A stretch of 64,000 nt of DNA from Candidatus Poribacteria bacterium (GTDB lineage Bacteria; Poribacteria; WGA-4E; WGA-3G), in NCBI GenBank assembly GCA_965205015.1, contig OZ242029.1:3616001-3680000 (forward strand). The letters run 5' to 3'. The notes below the pieces were generated by a model. That model searched no databases, was not told the DNA's origin, and saw only the letters and a list, made by a program, of their open reading frames with translations. The translations under genes and the position numbers were made by a program. This document shows, one piece after another, positions 1-9,164 of this stretch; within the stretch, counting starts at the first letter, position 1, and each line of letters begins with the position of its first letter.

Positions 1-80
1 GCACACATCAGCAGGAGCGCGATAAACCGGACGCTGAGAATGTGATGCATCATCTCTTTTTGAATCAATGTCGTTAGCAT
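1..80 (-). CDS. ABC transporter permease subunit (ABC-2 type), N-terminal fragment running off the window edge
   Basis: Manual translation MLTTLIQKEMMHHILSVRFIALLLMC fits the typical 'xxxLIxKE...R' permease start; AGGAG RBS upstream of the ATG at 80. Confidence 0.6.
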   Translation of the reverse strand, partial: MLTTLIQKEMMHHILSVRFIALLLMC

Positions 81-102
81 GATAATTTCTCCTGCGTTTT
101 TT

Positions 103-140
103 ACGTGAGTTCGGTTGCATCTCTTTTACCGAACTCACGT
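103..140. repeat. 13-bp perfect inverted repeat (hairpin; terminator or REP-like)
   Basis: acgtgagttcggt (103-115) ... accgaactcacgt (128-140). Confidence 0.7.
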
Positions 141-155
141 TATTATAGAGTGAAG

Positions 156-1412
156 TCAATCGAGGGATAACACGTCAGCGGACAACAATACCGATAGTTG
201 CTGAAGGATGTCCTGTCCTTCTTCCGATTTCAGAAATTCCGCGCCGAGTTGCGATTCGAGTTGCGCCTGTAGCTGTTCCTTAATTTGGCTTCCCACCTGT
301 GGGAGTGCTTGTTTGAAGATATCCATTCCCGTTGGCGTTTTGAGAAAGTCTTTTCCGAATTGTGCTTCAACTTGAGAGACAATTTCTTTCTCCAAAGCAC
401 CAAGCATTTTCGGCACGAATTGTTTGATGATCAGTTTTTCAGTTGCCTGTTTCAGTTGCTGCCTGCCTGCTTGTGTCTTGAGAAACGCCTTTCCGTGTTG
501 TTTGTGTAAGTCTCGCACAATGTCGGCGAGCGCGGAGAACCCCATTTTGTTGCTATCATAAATGTCTCTTTGCGGTCCGTTTCGATAGAGTTTTCCACTG
601 AGACTTAGGTTGAGACGGTAGTGTTCACAACGAACGATAGGTATCATCCCACCTTCCTGTGTCCACAGCATTTGTTGCCCCTCTTTCTCAGAGGGCCGAA
701 TCTCGTAGAGATAACTGCACGGCAGTGTCGGATCCGACGCATCTTCGGTGAGAACGCCGGGGACGCCGGCTGTTGTATCTGCTGGGCAGAGGAGAACTTT
801 TGCGTCCAGATACTGCGGCGAAAGTTCGGAAAGCCACTGCGGATATGCATCGGCGTTGGCAGCCTTATACTCATCAAGGGCGCGTTTGATCTGCCGCAAA
901 TTTTCTCTACACGTCTCAATCCCTTTGAGAGCCTCAGAACTCTGTTGCTCTGAGAGTGAGGCGAGTTCGTAAGGATAGGCATCTGCTAAGAGACACCGGT
1001 TGAGGCGCACCAATGCTTCCCCACCTTGCGGATTTTCTGCGATGAGTGCCTGTGTCTGTTCACTGAGTTCAATATTGGCGAACCGTTGCGCATCGTAAAG
1101 AGAACCCGCTTGAAGCAGTCGATTTAGGTCTGAAAGCAGTACTTCCTGCTGCCGAGGGGATGGGGTGCTTGCGCCATTGTATCCGAGTAACACCCACTGC
1201 ATATCTTCGGACAATTGCGATGCGATCAATTCGGACACCGGCGCACGCGTATCTTGGAGTTTCACGATCAAACTGCCGGGGTCTTTCATCGCCTCTCTAT
1301 TAAAGAGGAACTGATCTGTGCCTGCCTGTAGCGGCAGTTGCATGCTTATAGTTATCAGTAAAGTGACGAATAGAAGCGTTATTGACTTGGATCGTTCAAT
1401 GGTTTTTAACAT
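156..1412 (-). CDS. Secreted hypothetical protein with a pseudopilin/DUF1559-like central segment and three C-terminal helical repeats
   Basis: Signal peptide; CRENLRQIKRALDEY...YP..L..L.....LLCPAD segment; repeats QHGKAFLKT / QFGKDFLKT / QLGAEFLKS; AGGAG RBS. Confidence 0.6.
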   Translation of the reverse strand: MLKTIERSKSITLLFVTLLITISMQLPLQAGTDQFLFNREAMKDPGSLIVKLQDTRAPVSELIASQLSEDMQWVLLGYNGASTPSPRQQEVLLSDLNRLLQAGSLYDAQRFANIELSEQTQALIAENPQGGEALVRLNRCLLADAYPYELASLSEQQSSEALKGIETCRENLRQIKRALDEYKAANADAYPQWLSELSPQYLDAKVLLCPADTTAGVPGVLTEDASDPTLPCSYLYEIRPSEKEGQQMLWTQEGGMIPIVRCEHYRLNLSLSGKLYRNGPQRDIYDSNKMGFSALADIVRDLHKQHGKAFLKTQAGRQQLKQATEKLIIKQFVPKMLGALEKEIVSQVEAQFGKDFLKTPTGMDIFKQALPQVGSQIKEQLQAQLESQLGAEFLKSEEGQDILQQLSVLLSADVLSLD

Positions 1413-1462
1413 TTTTCAAAATCTCCTTAGGGTGTTGTATATTTCAGGTTTCTTATTGGGTG

Positions 1463-1545
1463 GCACAACCTAACAGGTTATGCTACGAAAGTGGCACAGA
1501 CTAACAGTCTATGCTACAACCGCACAACCTAACAGGTTATGCTAC
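1463..1545 (-). repeat. Three tandem GTAG-type REP palindromes
   Basis: gcacaacctaacaggttatgctac-like units at 1463, 1494 and 1522; reverse complement is GTAG followed by a hairpin. Confidence 0.8.
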
Positions 1546-1557
1546 AGGTTAATGACA

Positions 1558-4500
1558 TTAATCGGCTTCATCAATTGTGAAACGTAGCACGCCGTGACCA
1601 GGCGTCCCCACATAAAGTGTGTTACCATCAACAGCAAGAGAGGCAATCTTGATCGGAACTTCAGGTGTAACGTGTTTCCATGTGCTTGAATTCTCTTTCA
1701 ATTGATATATCTGTTGCTCAGTGGCGCCGTATACCGTTGTGCCGTCCACTGCAATTTTTTCTATGACAATCGGTGTGCCTTCCGCATCGGTTGCCGTGTG
1801 CCAGTGAATCCCATCGCTTGAGTACGTAACACCTTTATCGGTTGCCACGTAAAGCGTCGGTCCGGCGAAGGCGATAGCCTTGAATTGGGGAACAGAAAAC
1901 GGGAGGTTTGTCGTAACATCGTTCCAAGTGTCGCCTTCATCAAACGATTGAAGGAGATGGCCGTCCCGTTTGCCAACGTAAATCGTTTTACCTGAGACGC
2001 CAATTTTGAAATCAACGGAACCCTGAGCCTCAAGGGCAGCAATAGAATGAATAGACTCGCCTGCATCCGCTAAGCCAGTATTGAACCATTCAGTCATACC
2101 GGGCTTCCACCTGAAGAGTTGCTGGTTATATTCCATATAGTAAGTACTACCGCTGACAGCAAAACTTCCCAAATATATCTGAATGAGTTTAATCATACTT
2201 TCCTCGAAAACCTCACTGACAAATGTGCTGAACATATCCATATCAAAGTCTTCAGGTTTTAAATCAAAGTCTTCAGGTTTTAATCCTGTGTCTTCCTCAA
2301 TATTTTTCTCAAGTTCATCTCGTACGGGTTCCCGAAGCGCGTTTTTGACTGTTTCACCGATCAGTGTTTCAATGCTTATTTTCTCCAAACTCGGCATTCC
2401 AGGGACAGGCACTAATCCGTTATTCTCAGCAGCGACTCGGAAAAGTTGCGGTGCTGTCTCTTTGATACCTTTGACGTAGACACTATCGTTAAATTTCATC
2501 ATACTTGTGGGCATTTCAGCTTGATAATGTAAAATGGCAATTTCAGGATGTAAAACACGGGTCCACGATTCACCCCCATCAAGCGAGGCAACAAGTTCTG
2601 TCGCTGTTTTTGCATAGAGCGTATTATTGGCATAGACCAACTTGTCCACACCCGTCCTCACCAATCCTGTGCTAAACGGCTGCCATGTTTTACCTGCATC
2701 GGTCGTGCGATGAATCCCAAATGAACCACTTTTATAAAAGGTGTTCGCATCCGAGACGACAGTGGTGGAAGTCTCTCCTATAGCTGCGGTCCCTGCCCCT
2801 AAAGATATCCATGTCTCCCCGGCATCATTTGAGTAATAACTCCTACCGCCATATACGACTGAAAGTCTTTCTTGTGCTGCCACCATTTTGACGCTGGCAA
2901 GCCTTTCCGTTTCTGAGGTGTCATCCAGTTTTGGGTTGGCAGGTCCAACGGCAAGCATAAATCCATCGTCTCCCTCGGAAACTGCTTTTGCGAAATCTAT
3001 TGTCTGCCACGAATCTCCGAGGTCTATTGAATGGTAAAGCGACAGGGAGGTATTATTAGTTGTCCCTGATATGCCGATCGAAAAGTTAAAAGACTTAGCG
3101 CCGGGTCCGACGGCAACATAGAGGCGGTGATCAGTACTTGCCAATGCGCTAATATTTTGGGCTTCCGCTGCGGGTAATTGCAATTGCTCCCAACCTCCCG
3201 AACTGTGGCGATAGAGCCCATCGTCCGTCCCGACAAAGAGCGTGTTTTCAATAGCGGCGATTGCCTGAATTTTCCTATCGGTGAGTTTTCCGTCGGTAAG
3301 AGATGTCCACGATTTACCGGCATCCACAGAGCGAAATACACCATTAGCAAGTCCCAAGTACATTATAATATTGGCTTGCGCCCCAGGTGCCGCATCCGTT
3401 ATCAGCGTGCCAATTAATTGCCCTTCTGGACGCGTTCCCAATGAATTCCATGTTCTACCGCTATCTGCGGAAGCCAGGACTTCGGTACCGGAAACGATAT
3501 AAAGGGTATCCTGATGTTCTACCATTTGCCAGGACCCCTTAATGGACCCGTCAATGTTGACAGGTCTCCACGTGCTTCTATCGTCTGTTAACCTATAGAT
3601 ATCCGTGCCGACTCTGGCATAAGCGTCGCCGTTAGATGTGATAAAAAGATTGTTGACTATCCCGCCTTCGGGACCCTTCGTTTGGGTCCACTGCGGTTTC
3701 AGGGTTGAGACCTCTGTCGTGTTGACGGGCAGTGTGGCGAAAAGGGATTCGTCGGGTTTCTGACCTGCCCCGGGGCTTTTACCCGGGAGTGCTGAACTTC
3801 CCGCTTGACTCCGAACTGCGGGTTTCGCAGGGGAATCGTAAACAAAAACTGTGTCAATAATCTCAACCGTCGGTTCCGATGTTGCATCGAGGTTGTAAGG
3901 TCTCTGAAAGCGGGAGAGATACTGCGTGCCAACACCCATCATAAGAAAAATGAGAACAGCGGAAGCGGCAGAAACTGCCAAAGGGGCTACCGGCTTCCCC
4001 GTAGGCGCAGGCACGGGGCTCAGGCGCGAAACTTCCTGCATGATGTTTTCTGTCAATTGATCCGGGAGTTGGAAGCTGCCAAGATTCTCCTGAAGCACGC
4101 CTTCCTCTTTCCGTAAACGGTTACGGGCGCGGCTGAGGCGGCTTTTGACGGTATTCTGGGAGACACCGAGGAACTCGGAAATGGATTTGATCGTCATCTC
4201 GCCAAGGTAATGCAGCATCATCACCGTCCGTTCACTTTCTGGCAGTTTACGGAGCAGTTTCTTGACGACTTCGCGACGGGTTTCATCGGCTTCGGCTGCC
4301 TGTTTTTCTGCCTGATATCTGGAATATGACACTTTGTCCACCTCATTCGTATTGTCAGCGTCTAAGGATTCCATCGGTAGGCGATTCCTCCGGAGGTAAT
4401 CGTTAGATAGGTTTGCCGCAATGACATAAAGCCATCCTGGGAATTGGTTAGGGTTTTTCAGGGTCCCGAGTTTCTGGTACGCTTTGAGAAACGCGTCCTG

Positions 4501-4647
4501 TGTAATCTCTTGTGCGATGTGAAAATCACCGATCTTCCGCCACACCAGCGTGTGAACGCCTTTCTGATATTTCTTGACTAACGGGGTGAACGCGTCTTGG
4601 TCCCCTTGGAGTATCCGCTGGATGAGTTGAGCGTCGTTCTGTTCCAT
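1558..4647 (-). CDS. ECF sigma-70 factor with a transmembrane segment and a large extracytoplasmic BNR/beta-propeller extension
   Basis: Region 2 (AQEITQDAFLKAY...FPGWLYVIA) and region 4 (LPESERTVMMLHYL...GTVKSRLSRAR-like); hydrophobic helix; many SxDxGxTW Asp-box motifs; GGAGG RBS. Confidence 0.9.
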   Translation of the reverse strand: MEQNDAQLIQRILQGDQDAFTPLVKKYQKGVHTLVWRKIGDFHIAQEITQDAFLKAYQKLGTLKNPNQFPGWLYVIAANLSNDYLRRNRLPMESLDADNTNEVDKVSYSRYQAEKQAAEADETRREVVKKLLRKLPESERTVMMLHYLGEMTIKSISEFLGVSQNTVKSRLSRARNRLRKEEGVLQENLGSFQLPDQLTENIMQEVSRLSPVPAPTGKPVAPLAVSAASAVLIFLMMGVGTQYLSRFQRPYNLDATSEPTVEIIDTVFVYDSPAKPAVRSQAGSSALPGKSPGAGQKPDESLFATLPVNTTEVSTLKPQWTQTKGPEGGIVNNLFITSNGDAYARVGTDIYRLTDDRSTWRPVNIDGSIKGSWQMVEHQDTLYIVSGTEVLASADSGRTWNSLGTRPEGQLIGTLITDAAPGAQANIIMYLGLANGVFRSVDAGKSWTSLTDGKLTDRKIQAIAAIENTLFVGTDDGLYRHSSGGWEQLQLPAAEAQNISALASTDHRLYVAVGPGAKSFNFSIGISGTTNNTSLSLYHSIDLGDSWQTIDFAKAVSEGDDGFMLAVGPANPKLDDTSETERLASVKMVAAQERLSVVYGGRSYYSNDAGETWISLGAGTAAIGETSTTVVSDANTFYKSGSFGIHRTTDAGKTWQPFSTGLVRTGVDKLVYANNTLYAKTATELVASLDGGESWTRVLHPEIAILHYQAEMPTSMMKFNDSVYVKGIKETAPQLFRVAAENNGLVPVPGMPSLEKISIETLIGETVKNALREPVRDELEKNIEEDTGLKPEDFDLKPEDFDMDMFSTFVSEVFEESMIKLIQIYLGSFAVSGSTYYMEYNQQLFRWKPGMTEWFNTGLADAGESIHSIAALEAQGSVDFKIGVSGKTIYVGKRDGHLLQSFDEGDTWNDVTTNLPFSVPQFKAIAFAGPTLYVATDKGVTYSSDGIHWHTATDAEGTPIVIEKIAVDGTTVYGATEQQIYQLKENSSTWKHVTPEVPIKIASLAVDGNTLYVGTPGHGVLRFTIDEAD

Positions 4648-4674
4648 TACAAACTACCTCCGGAATCGTGTGTT

Positions 4675-4725
4675 ATCCATTGATTAGAGTGACGTAACAT
4701 GGGTGCGGAAAGGTTGCATTATTTT
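4675..4725 (-). promoter_or_regulatory. ECF-type promoter, copy 1 (-35 TGCAACC, -10 CGTC)
   Basis: Minus strand aataaTGCAACCttt-N-gttaCGTCac; duplicated 108 bp upstream. Confidence 0.65.
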
Positions 4726-4782
4726 ATCAAAAAGGTAAATGTTCGACAAACGGATTCACCGAACAGATTTTTGAAATTTAAC

Positions 4783-4833
4783 ATCCATTGACTTAGGTGA
4801 CGTAACTTAGATTTCAAAAGGTTGCATTATTTT
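4783..4833 (-). promoter_or_regulatory. ECF-type promoter, copy 2
   Basis: Same blocks (atccattga, gtgacgtaac, aaaggttgcattatttt) with identical spacing to copy 1. Confidence 0.65.
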
Positions 4834-5053
4834 CTAATTTTCTTTTATACTTGTTGAAGTATGTGTTATACTATAGCAATCAGCAGTCAGTAGTCAGCGG
4901 TCAGAAAGAGGGATAGGTTCACCCAAAAACCTCTTCGCTGATAGCCATAGTATACAGACTTTTGATGCAACTTGCTGGTTTACGTGAAGATTGAAAAAGT
5001 AAATGAGGTAATTGTTTGTGTGAACCACGACATGCGCAACTCGGAGGCATAGC

Positions 5054-5872
5054 ATGGAACACCATATAACAGATGAACAGTGGGAACATTTTTGGGAAAA
5101 CGGTTACGTGCGCATCGGACAAGTCGCGACGGATGCCGAACTCGAGGGACTGCAAGCGCGGATGGATGACATCATGCTCGGTAAAGCACCGCTGGATTAT
5201 GACCAGATCATGATGCAATTGGACCGGGCGCCCGGAAAAAACTCGCCGGGACCGCAGTCTAAGGGACACAAAGGTGCCACGTTGCTGTATCGGAAAATAC
5301 AGAACCTGGAGCTCGATCCGATCTTTTTGGAATATCTCCAGAAACCCGTTTTTCAAGAGGTGTGCGCGAAAATCTATGGAGATGACACCCCTGTTGCCTG
5401 TTTCCGGGCAATGTTTATGAATAAACCCGCACACGAAGGCACGCAGCTGACATGGCATCAAGACAGGTGGAGAGATCTCGATCGGGATCCGCAGATTACG
5501 ATTTATACCGCGCTGGATCCGGCAATGATTGAGAATGGTTGTGTACATATCATCCCGAAGTCGCATAGCAGGCTCATCAACCCTGAAAACGGATCCGGTT
5601 TTCTCACACAGGAACACATTGACGACATCGTCGCGAAGGCGACACCGCTCCCGATGGAGTTGAAGGCTGGTGAAGTCGTCTTACTCCACAATTGGATGCT
5701 ACACAGTTCCGGGACAAACGATACGGATATTCCGCGGCGGGCGTTTAGTGTCTGCTATATGCATGGTGAGACGCAGTCACATCACGGGCATACCTTTACG
5801 CGGGTGTTCGGCGACGGGGCGATCAGTGTTGACGATTTATCGAAGTTTAAGTATGAAAGCCCAATCGTTTAA
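5054..5872 (+). CDS. Phytanoyl-CoA dioxygenase (PhyH) family 2OG-Fe(II) oxygenase
   Basis: FWENGYV start, WHQD and LHSSGTN iron ligands, RRAFS motif. Confidence 0.9.
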   Translation: MEHHITDEQWEHFWENGYVRIGQVATDAELEGLQARMDDIMLGKAPLDYDQIMMQLDRAPGKNSPGPQSKGHKGATLLYRKIQNLELDPIFLEYLQKPVFQEVCAKIYGDDTPVACFRAMFMNKPAHEGTQLTWHQDRWRDLDRDPQITIYTALDPAMIENGCVHIIPKSHSRLINPENGSGFLTQEHIDDIVAKATPLPMELKAGEVVLLHNWMLHSSGTNDTDIPRRAFSVCYMHGETQSHHGHTFTRVFGDGAISVDDLSKFKYESPIV

Positions 5873-5886
5873 AAAAGGAGAAAAAT

Positions 5887-6891
5887 ATGGCGAAAATTCG
5901 ACTTGCCATGATTGGATGTGGCGGAAACTCCTCAGGTCACGCCAGACGCATGAATGAAAATCCTGACGTGCAAATCGTCGGTACCTGCGATGTGAATACC
6001 GACATTGCTAACGGCTATATCGATCGGAACCTGTCCGATCTGAGTCCACGTCCGGGGGCTTATGACGACATCGGCGCGATGCTGAAAGAGACCTCGCCGG
6101 ATGCCGTGGTTATCTCTACACCGCACACGCTCCATTTTGAGCAAGGGATGCAGGCACTTGAGGCGGGATGCCACGTTTTGATGGAAAAGCCGATGGTCAC
6201 GTCTTCTAAAGATGCCTATACTATCGCAGAAAAGGTGGAAGCGACTGGACTCACCCTTACGATCGGCTACAATACGCCATGTACACCCAATTTCTATTAT
6301 ACCCGAGAAATTATCCGTAGCGGGGAATTCGGCAAGCTGGAATTGGTCATTGGCTATATTACGCAGGGCTGGAAAGGTGGCACAACGGGAACGTGGCGGC
6401 AGAACCCGAAACTCTCTGGCGGTGGACAAGCCTACGACAGTGGCGCACACCTTCTGAACAGTCTCTGCTGGGCGGTCGAGTCGAAAGTCGCTGAAGTCTA
6501 TGCCTATACAGACAACCAGGACCGGGACGTTGACATCAATTCCTCGATTAACGTCAAGTTTGAAAACGGTGTCCTCGCGGCGATGGCGGTGAGTGGCAAT
6601 TGCCCAAGTCCCGGTGGTACACACATGGCGTTAGTCTTTGAGAACGGCAGGATCGAGGTTGACGGTTGGGGTGGCGGTTGGATTCGCGTCTGGAAAGGTG
6701 GCGAAGCGTTGGATCCGCCTCCGATTTCAGATGACATGTCCGCGGGTTCACCCGATGACAATTTCATTGATACTATCTTGGGCAGAGCGGAACCCCGTAC
6801 CAGTCCGATGAACGGGATTATCCAATCCGAGTTGATGGATCTCATCTATGAATCTGCGGAAACGGGTGTCCCAGCACGTCCAGAACGCTAA
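5887..6891 (+). CDS. Gfo/Idh/MocA family oxidoreductase
   Basis: IGCGG Rossmann motif, HVLMEKPM, GGGQAYDSGAH. Confidence 0.9.
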   Translation: MAKIRLAMIGCGGNSSGHARRMNENPDVQIVGTCDVNTDIANGYIDRNLSDLSPRPGAYDDIGAMLKETSPDAVVISTPHTLHFEQGMQALEAGCHVLMEKPMVTSSKDAYTIAEKVEATGLTLTIGYNTPCTPNFYYTREIIRSGEFGKLELVIGYITQGWKGGTTGTWRQNPKLSGGGQAYDSGAHLLNSLCWAVESKVAEVYAYTDNQDRDVDINSSINVKFENGVLAAMAVSGNCPSPGGTHMALVFENGRIEVDGWGGGWIRVWKGGEALDPPPISDDMSAGSPDDNFIDTILGRAEPRTSPMNGIIQSELMDLIYESAETGVPARPER

Positions 6892-6942
6892 ACCGATGCA
6901 TCCTTTTGGAAAGAAGTTGTAGGCGCGGTTTCCCAATCGCGC

Positions 6943-8112
6943 TTACTGCAACGTCGCGCCTTCAGGGCGAGGTGCTGTTGGTCGGATAGGCATCTTCTCA
7001 TAAGAATGGTATGTGAGGTCTGCTAAATGTGACGTTTCAATTCGGATGTGTCCTTCCGCCCGCGAGTGCATGAGTGCATCGAGAACACCCGTCACGAGGA
7101 GCGTCCGTTCCACAGGATACTGCGGTTCCCCTGTCACGAACATCTCTTCGATATTAAGACTCAAATAACTGAAATGCGCATGCGGTGGTCCGTTCTGTAG
7201 ATAAAATTCGGTTGCGTAGTGGGTATCGCCTGCCTTCGCCGCGTAAGCGAAATCAGAGACGTACCCGGTCAGCATCAGCACAGTAGAACGAAATCCATCG
7301 CTATGCTCCAACAGAAACGCCGTTGGATTCGGGCAACCCTCTATAAACGGAGTATCCGGACGATTTTCAATCTGTGCACACGCCTTTTCTGCTAAATCAA
7401 GAGACCACTTTCCTGCTTCACCCGCCTCCCAGACCGCGTCGCCTTCCAGACACTGAATTGCCACGATGCCGGACTCGCCGCCTTGCCGACGTTCGATCAT
7501 ACATTGCAGCGTCTCCAGTGAATGAAAACCGTAGGACTCTACACCGGCGTAACCGATACCGATGGCGGTTTCGAGTTCTGTATCAAGCGGATGTTCCAAA
7601 AAGGGGTTCCGCCAAGAGAGCGGTAGCGAGGAACCCGCCATAAACGGGACGTCGAGTGCCTTCGCGCGGTGATACATCCATATCGCGTCGTCCCAATTGT
7701 AGGAGAGGTGTTTATCACAGAAAACAGGCACCGACCTGCCGCTTGAGGCAAAGACACCGCAAATCTGCTCGAGCATATAGCGGCGCGGGTACATGTGTTG
7801 TCCGATTTCGTTATACGGGTAATCGCCGTGTTCGCCGATGAGTAGCACACCATCGACAGCCAATTCATTCCCACCGAGCGTTAAGGCTTGTCGAATACTC
7901 GGATAGATAGGGACGTTATGCTCGGCGGCTAAACCGACCCCGATGTCTCGGTCGTCTACCTGATCGAGATAGATGGAGGTCAATTCCACACGAGGCATCC
8001 GAAGTCCGGTATCCGTTGGGAACCCCTTCATGTACTTCGTAGCAATTACATCTGCGTGCGAGTGTTGATAATACGTCGTGATGATTGCGGCAATTTTCTT
8101 GGGCGTGTTCAT
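6943..8112 (-). CDS. Conserved hypothetical protein, Gfo/Idh/MocA-like NAD-binding fold
   Basis: VDGVLLIGEHGDYP, PVFCDKHLS, MAGSSLP and YGFHSLE motifs; long ORF co-oriented with argB. Confidence 0.7.
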   Translation of the reverse strand: MNTPKKIAAIITTYYQHSHADVIATKYMKGFPTDTGLRMPRVELTSIYLDQVDDRDIGVGLAAEHNVPIYPSIRQALTLGGNELAVDGVLLIGEHGDYPYNEIGQHMYPRRYMLEQICGVFASSGRSVPVFCDKHLSYNWDDAIWMYHRAKALDVPFMAGSSLPLSWRNPFLEHPLDTELETAIGIGYAGVESYGFHSLETLQCMIERRQGGESGIVAIQCLEGDAVWEAGEAGKWSLDLAEKACAQIENRPDTPFIEGCPNPTAFLLEHSDGFRSTVLMLTGYVSDFAYAAKAGDTHYATEFYLQNGPPHAHFSYLSLNIEEMFVTGEPQYPVERTLLVTGVLDALMHSRAEGHIRIETSHLADLTYHSYEKMPIRPTAPRPEGATLQ

Positions 8113-8124
8113 TGTTTCTCCAAT

Positions 8125-9000
8125 TCACCTAACAATTTCGGTCCCGATGCCGCCCTCTGTGAAGACTTCAAGGAGTAGCGAGTGCGGGATGCGTCCATCA
8201 ATGATATGTGTTTTGTATACGCCGCCGATGAGTGCTGTCGTGCATGCCTCAACCTTCGGCAGCATACCCCCTGCGATGAAACCTTCCTTGATTAATTGAT
8301 CTATTTCTCTCATACGCAGGGTAGGTATCAGCGAGGCTGTATCCGATAGATCGCGGAGGATACCGCGCGTATCCGTTAGGACAATCAATTTCTCTGCTTG
8401 GAACGCCGAGGCGATTTCCCCCGCCATTGTATCTGCATTGATATTATAGGTTTGCCCTTCAGTCCCAATACCGATCGGTGCGATGATAGGGATATAACCG
8501 GCTCTGTCGAGTGCCGTCACCGACTCGGTGTTCACGCCAATTATTTTCCCTACAAATCCCAAGTCGACCTCTATGTGTCGCCCATTTTCGTCGGTGATCT
8601 GCGTTTCCTGCTTCTCGGCGAGTATCAGATTGGCGTCCTTTCCAGACAACCCGATGGCTTTTCCGCCGTGTTGGTTGATCCGAGCGACAATCTCTTTGTT
8701 GATTGAGCCAAGCACCATCTCAGCGATTTCAACCGTTTCAGCGTCGGTTACTCGTAGCCCCTGTATAAACTCCGGAACTTTCCCAATCTTGTCCATCCAT
8801 GTGGTGATCCTCGGTCCGCCGCCGTGAACGATAATCGGTCGGATGCCGACGTATTTCATCAGCACAATATCCTGCATGACGGAATGGATGAGGGCTTCAT
8901 CCTCCATTGCGGCGCCGCCATATTTGATAACGATTCGCCGGTCGTAAAAGCGGCGGATATACGGTAAGGCTTCAATAAGAACTTCAGCCGTTCTGTTCAT
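8125..9000 (-). CDS. argB: Acetylglutamate kinase
   Basis: EALPYI, VIKYGG, VHGGGP, GLRVTD, NINAD and GGMLPKV motifs. Confidence 0.97.
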   Translation of the reverse strand: MNRTAEVLIEALPYIRRFYDRRIVIKYGGAAMEDEALIHSVMQDIVLMKYVGIRPIIVHGGGPRITTWMDKIGKVPEFIQGLRVTDAETVEIAEMVLGSINKEIVARINQHGGKAIGLSGKDANLILAEKQETQITDENGRHIEVDLGFVGKIIGVNTESVTALDRAGYIPIIAPIGIGTEGQTYNINADTMAGEIASAFQAEKLIVLTDTRGILRDLSDTASLIPTLRMREIDQLIKEGFIAGGMLPKVEACTTALIGGVYKTHIIDGRIPHSLLLEVFTEGGIGTEIVR

Positions 9001-9047
9001 ATTGTTCAGTCTCGTTCCCTATTTGTGATAAAATGGTGTATACTATT

Positions 9048-9076
9048 ATGATACGTGAACCCGCTGTGTTTGTCAA
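9048..9076 (-). promoter_or_regulatory. Sigma70 promoter of argB
   Basis: TTGACA-17bp-TATCAT on the minus strand. Confidence 0.55.
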
Positions 9077-9164
9077 ATTAAATGTAGCAATATAGCCATC
9101 AACCGTACGGATAGGTCTTGTGCCTATCCCATAACCGCCAATTTAAGAAAAAAATTCGAGGAAT

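Noticed and set aside
1463-1545. Three short direct repeats resembling a mini CRISPR array
   Set aside because: Spacers are only 4-7 bp, the units are GTAG-REP hairpins found elsewhere in the window, and no cas genes are present
4919-6624. Long antisense ORFs (232 aa and 230 aa) opposite PhyH and Gfo/Idh/MocA, and similar ones at 11214-11990, 23112-23831 and 39163-39921
   Set aside because: Shadow or alternative-frame ORFs of well-supported genes, with no recognisable motifs
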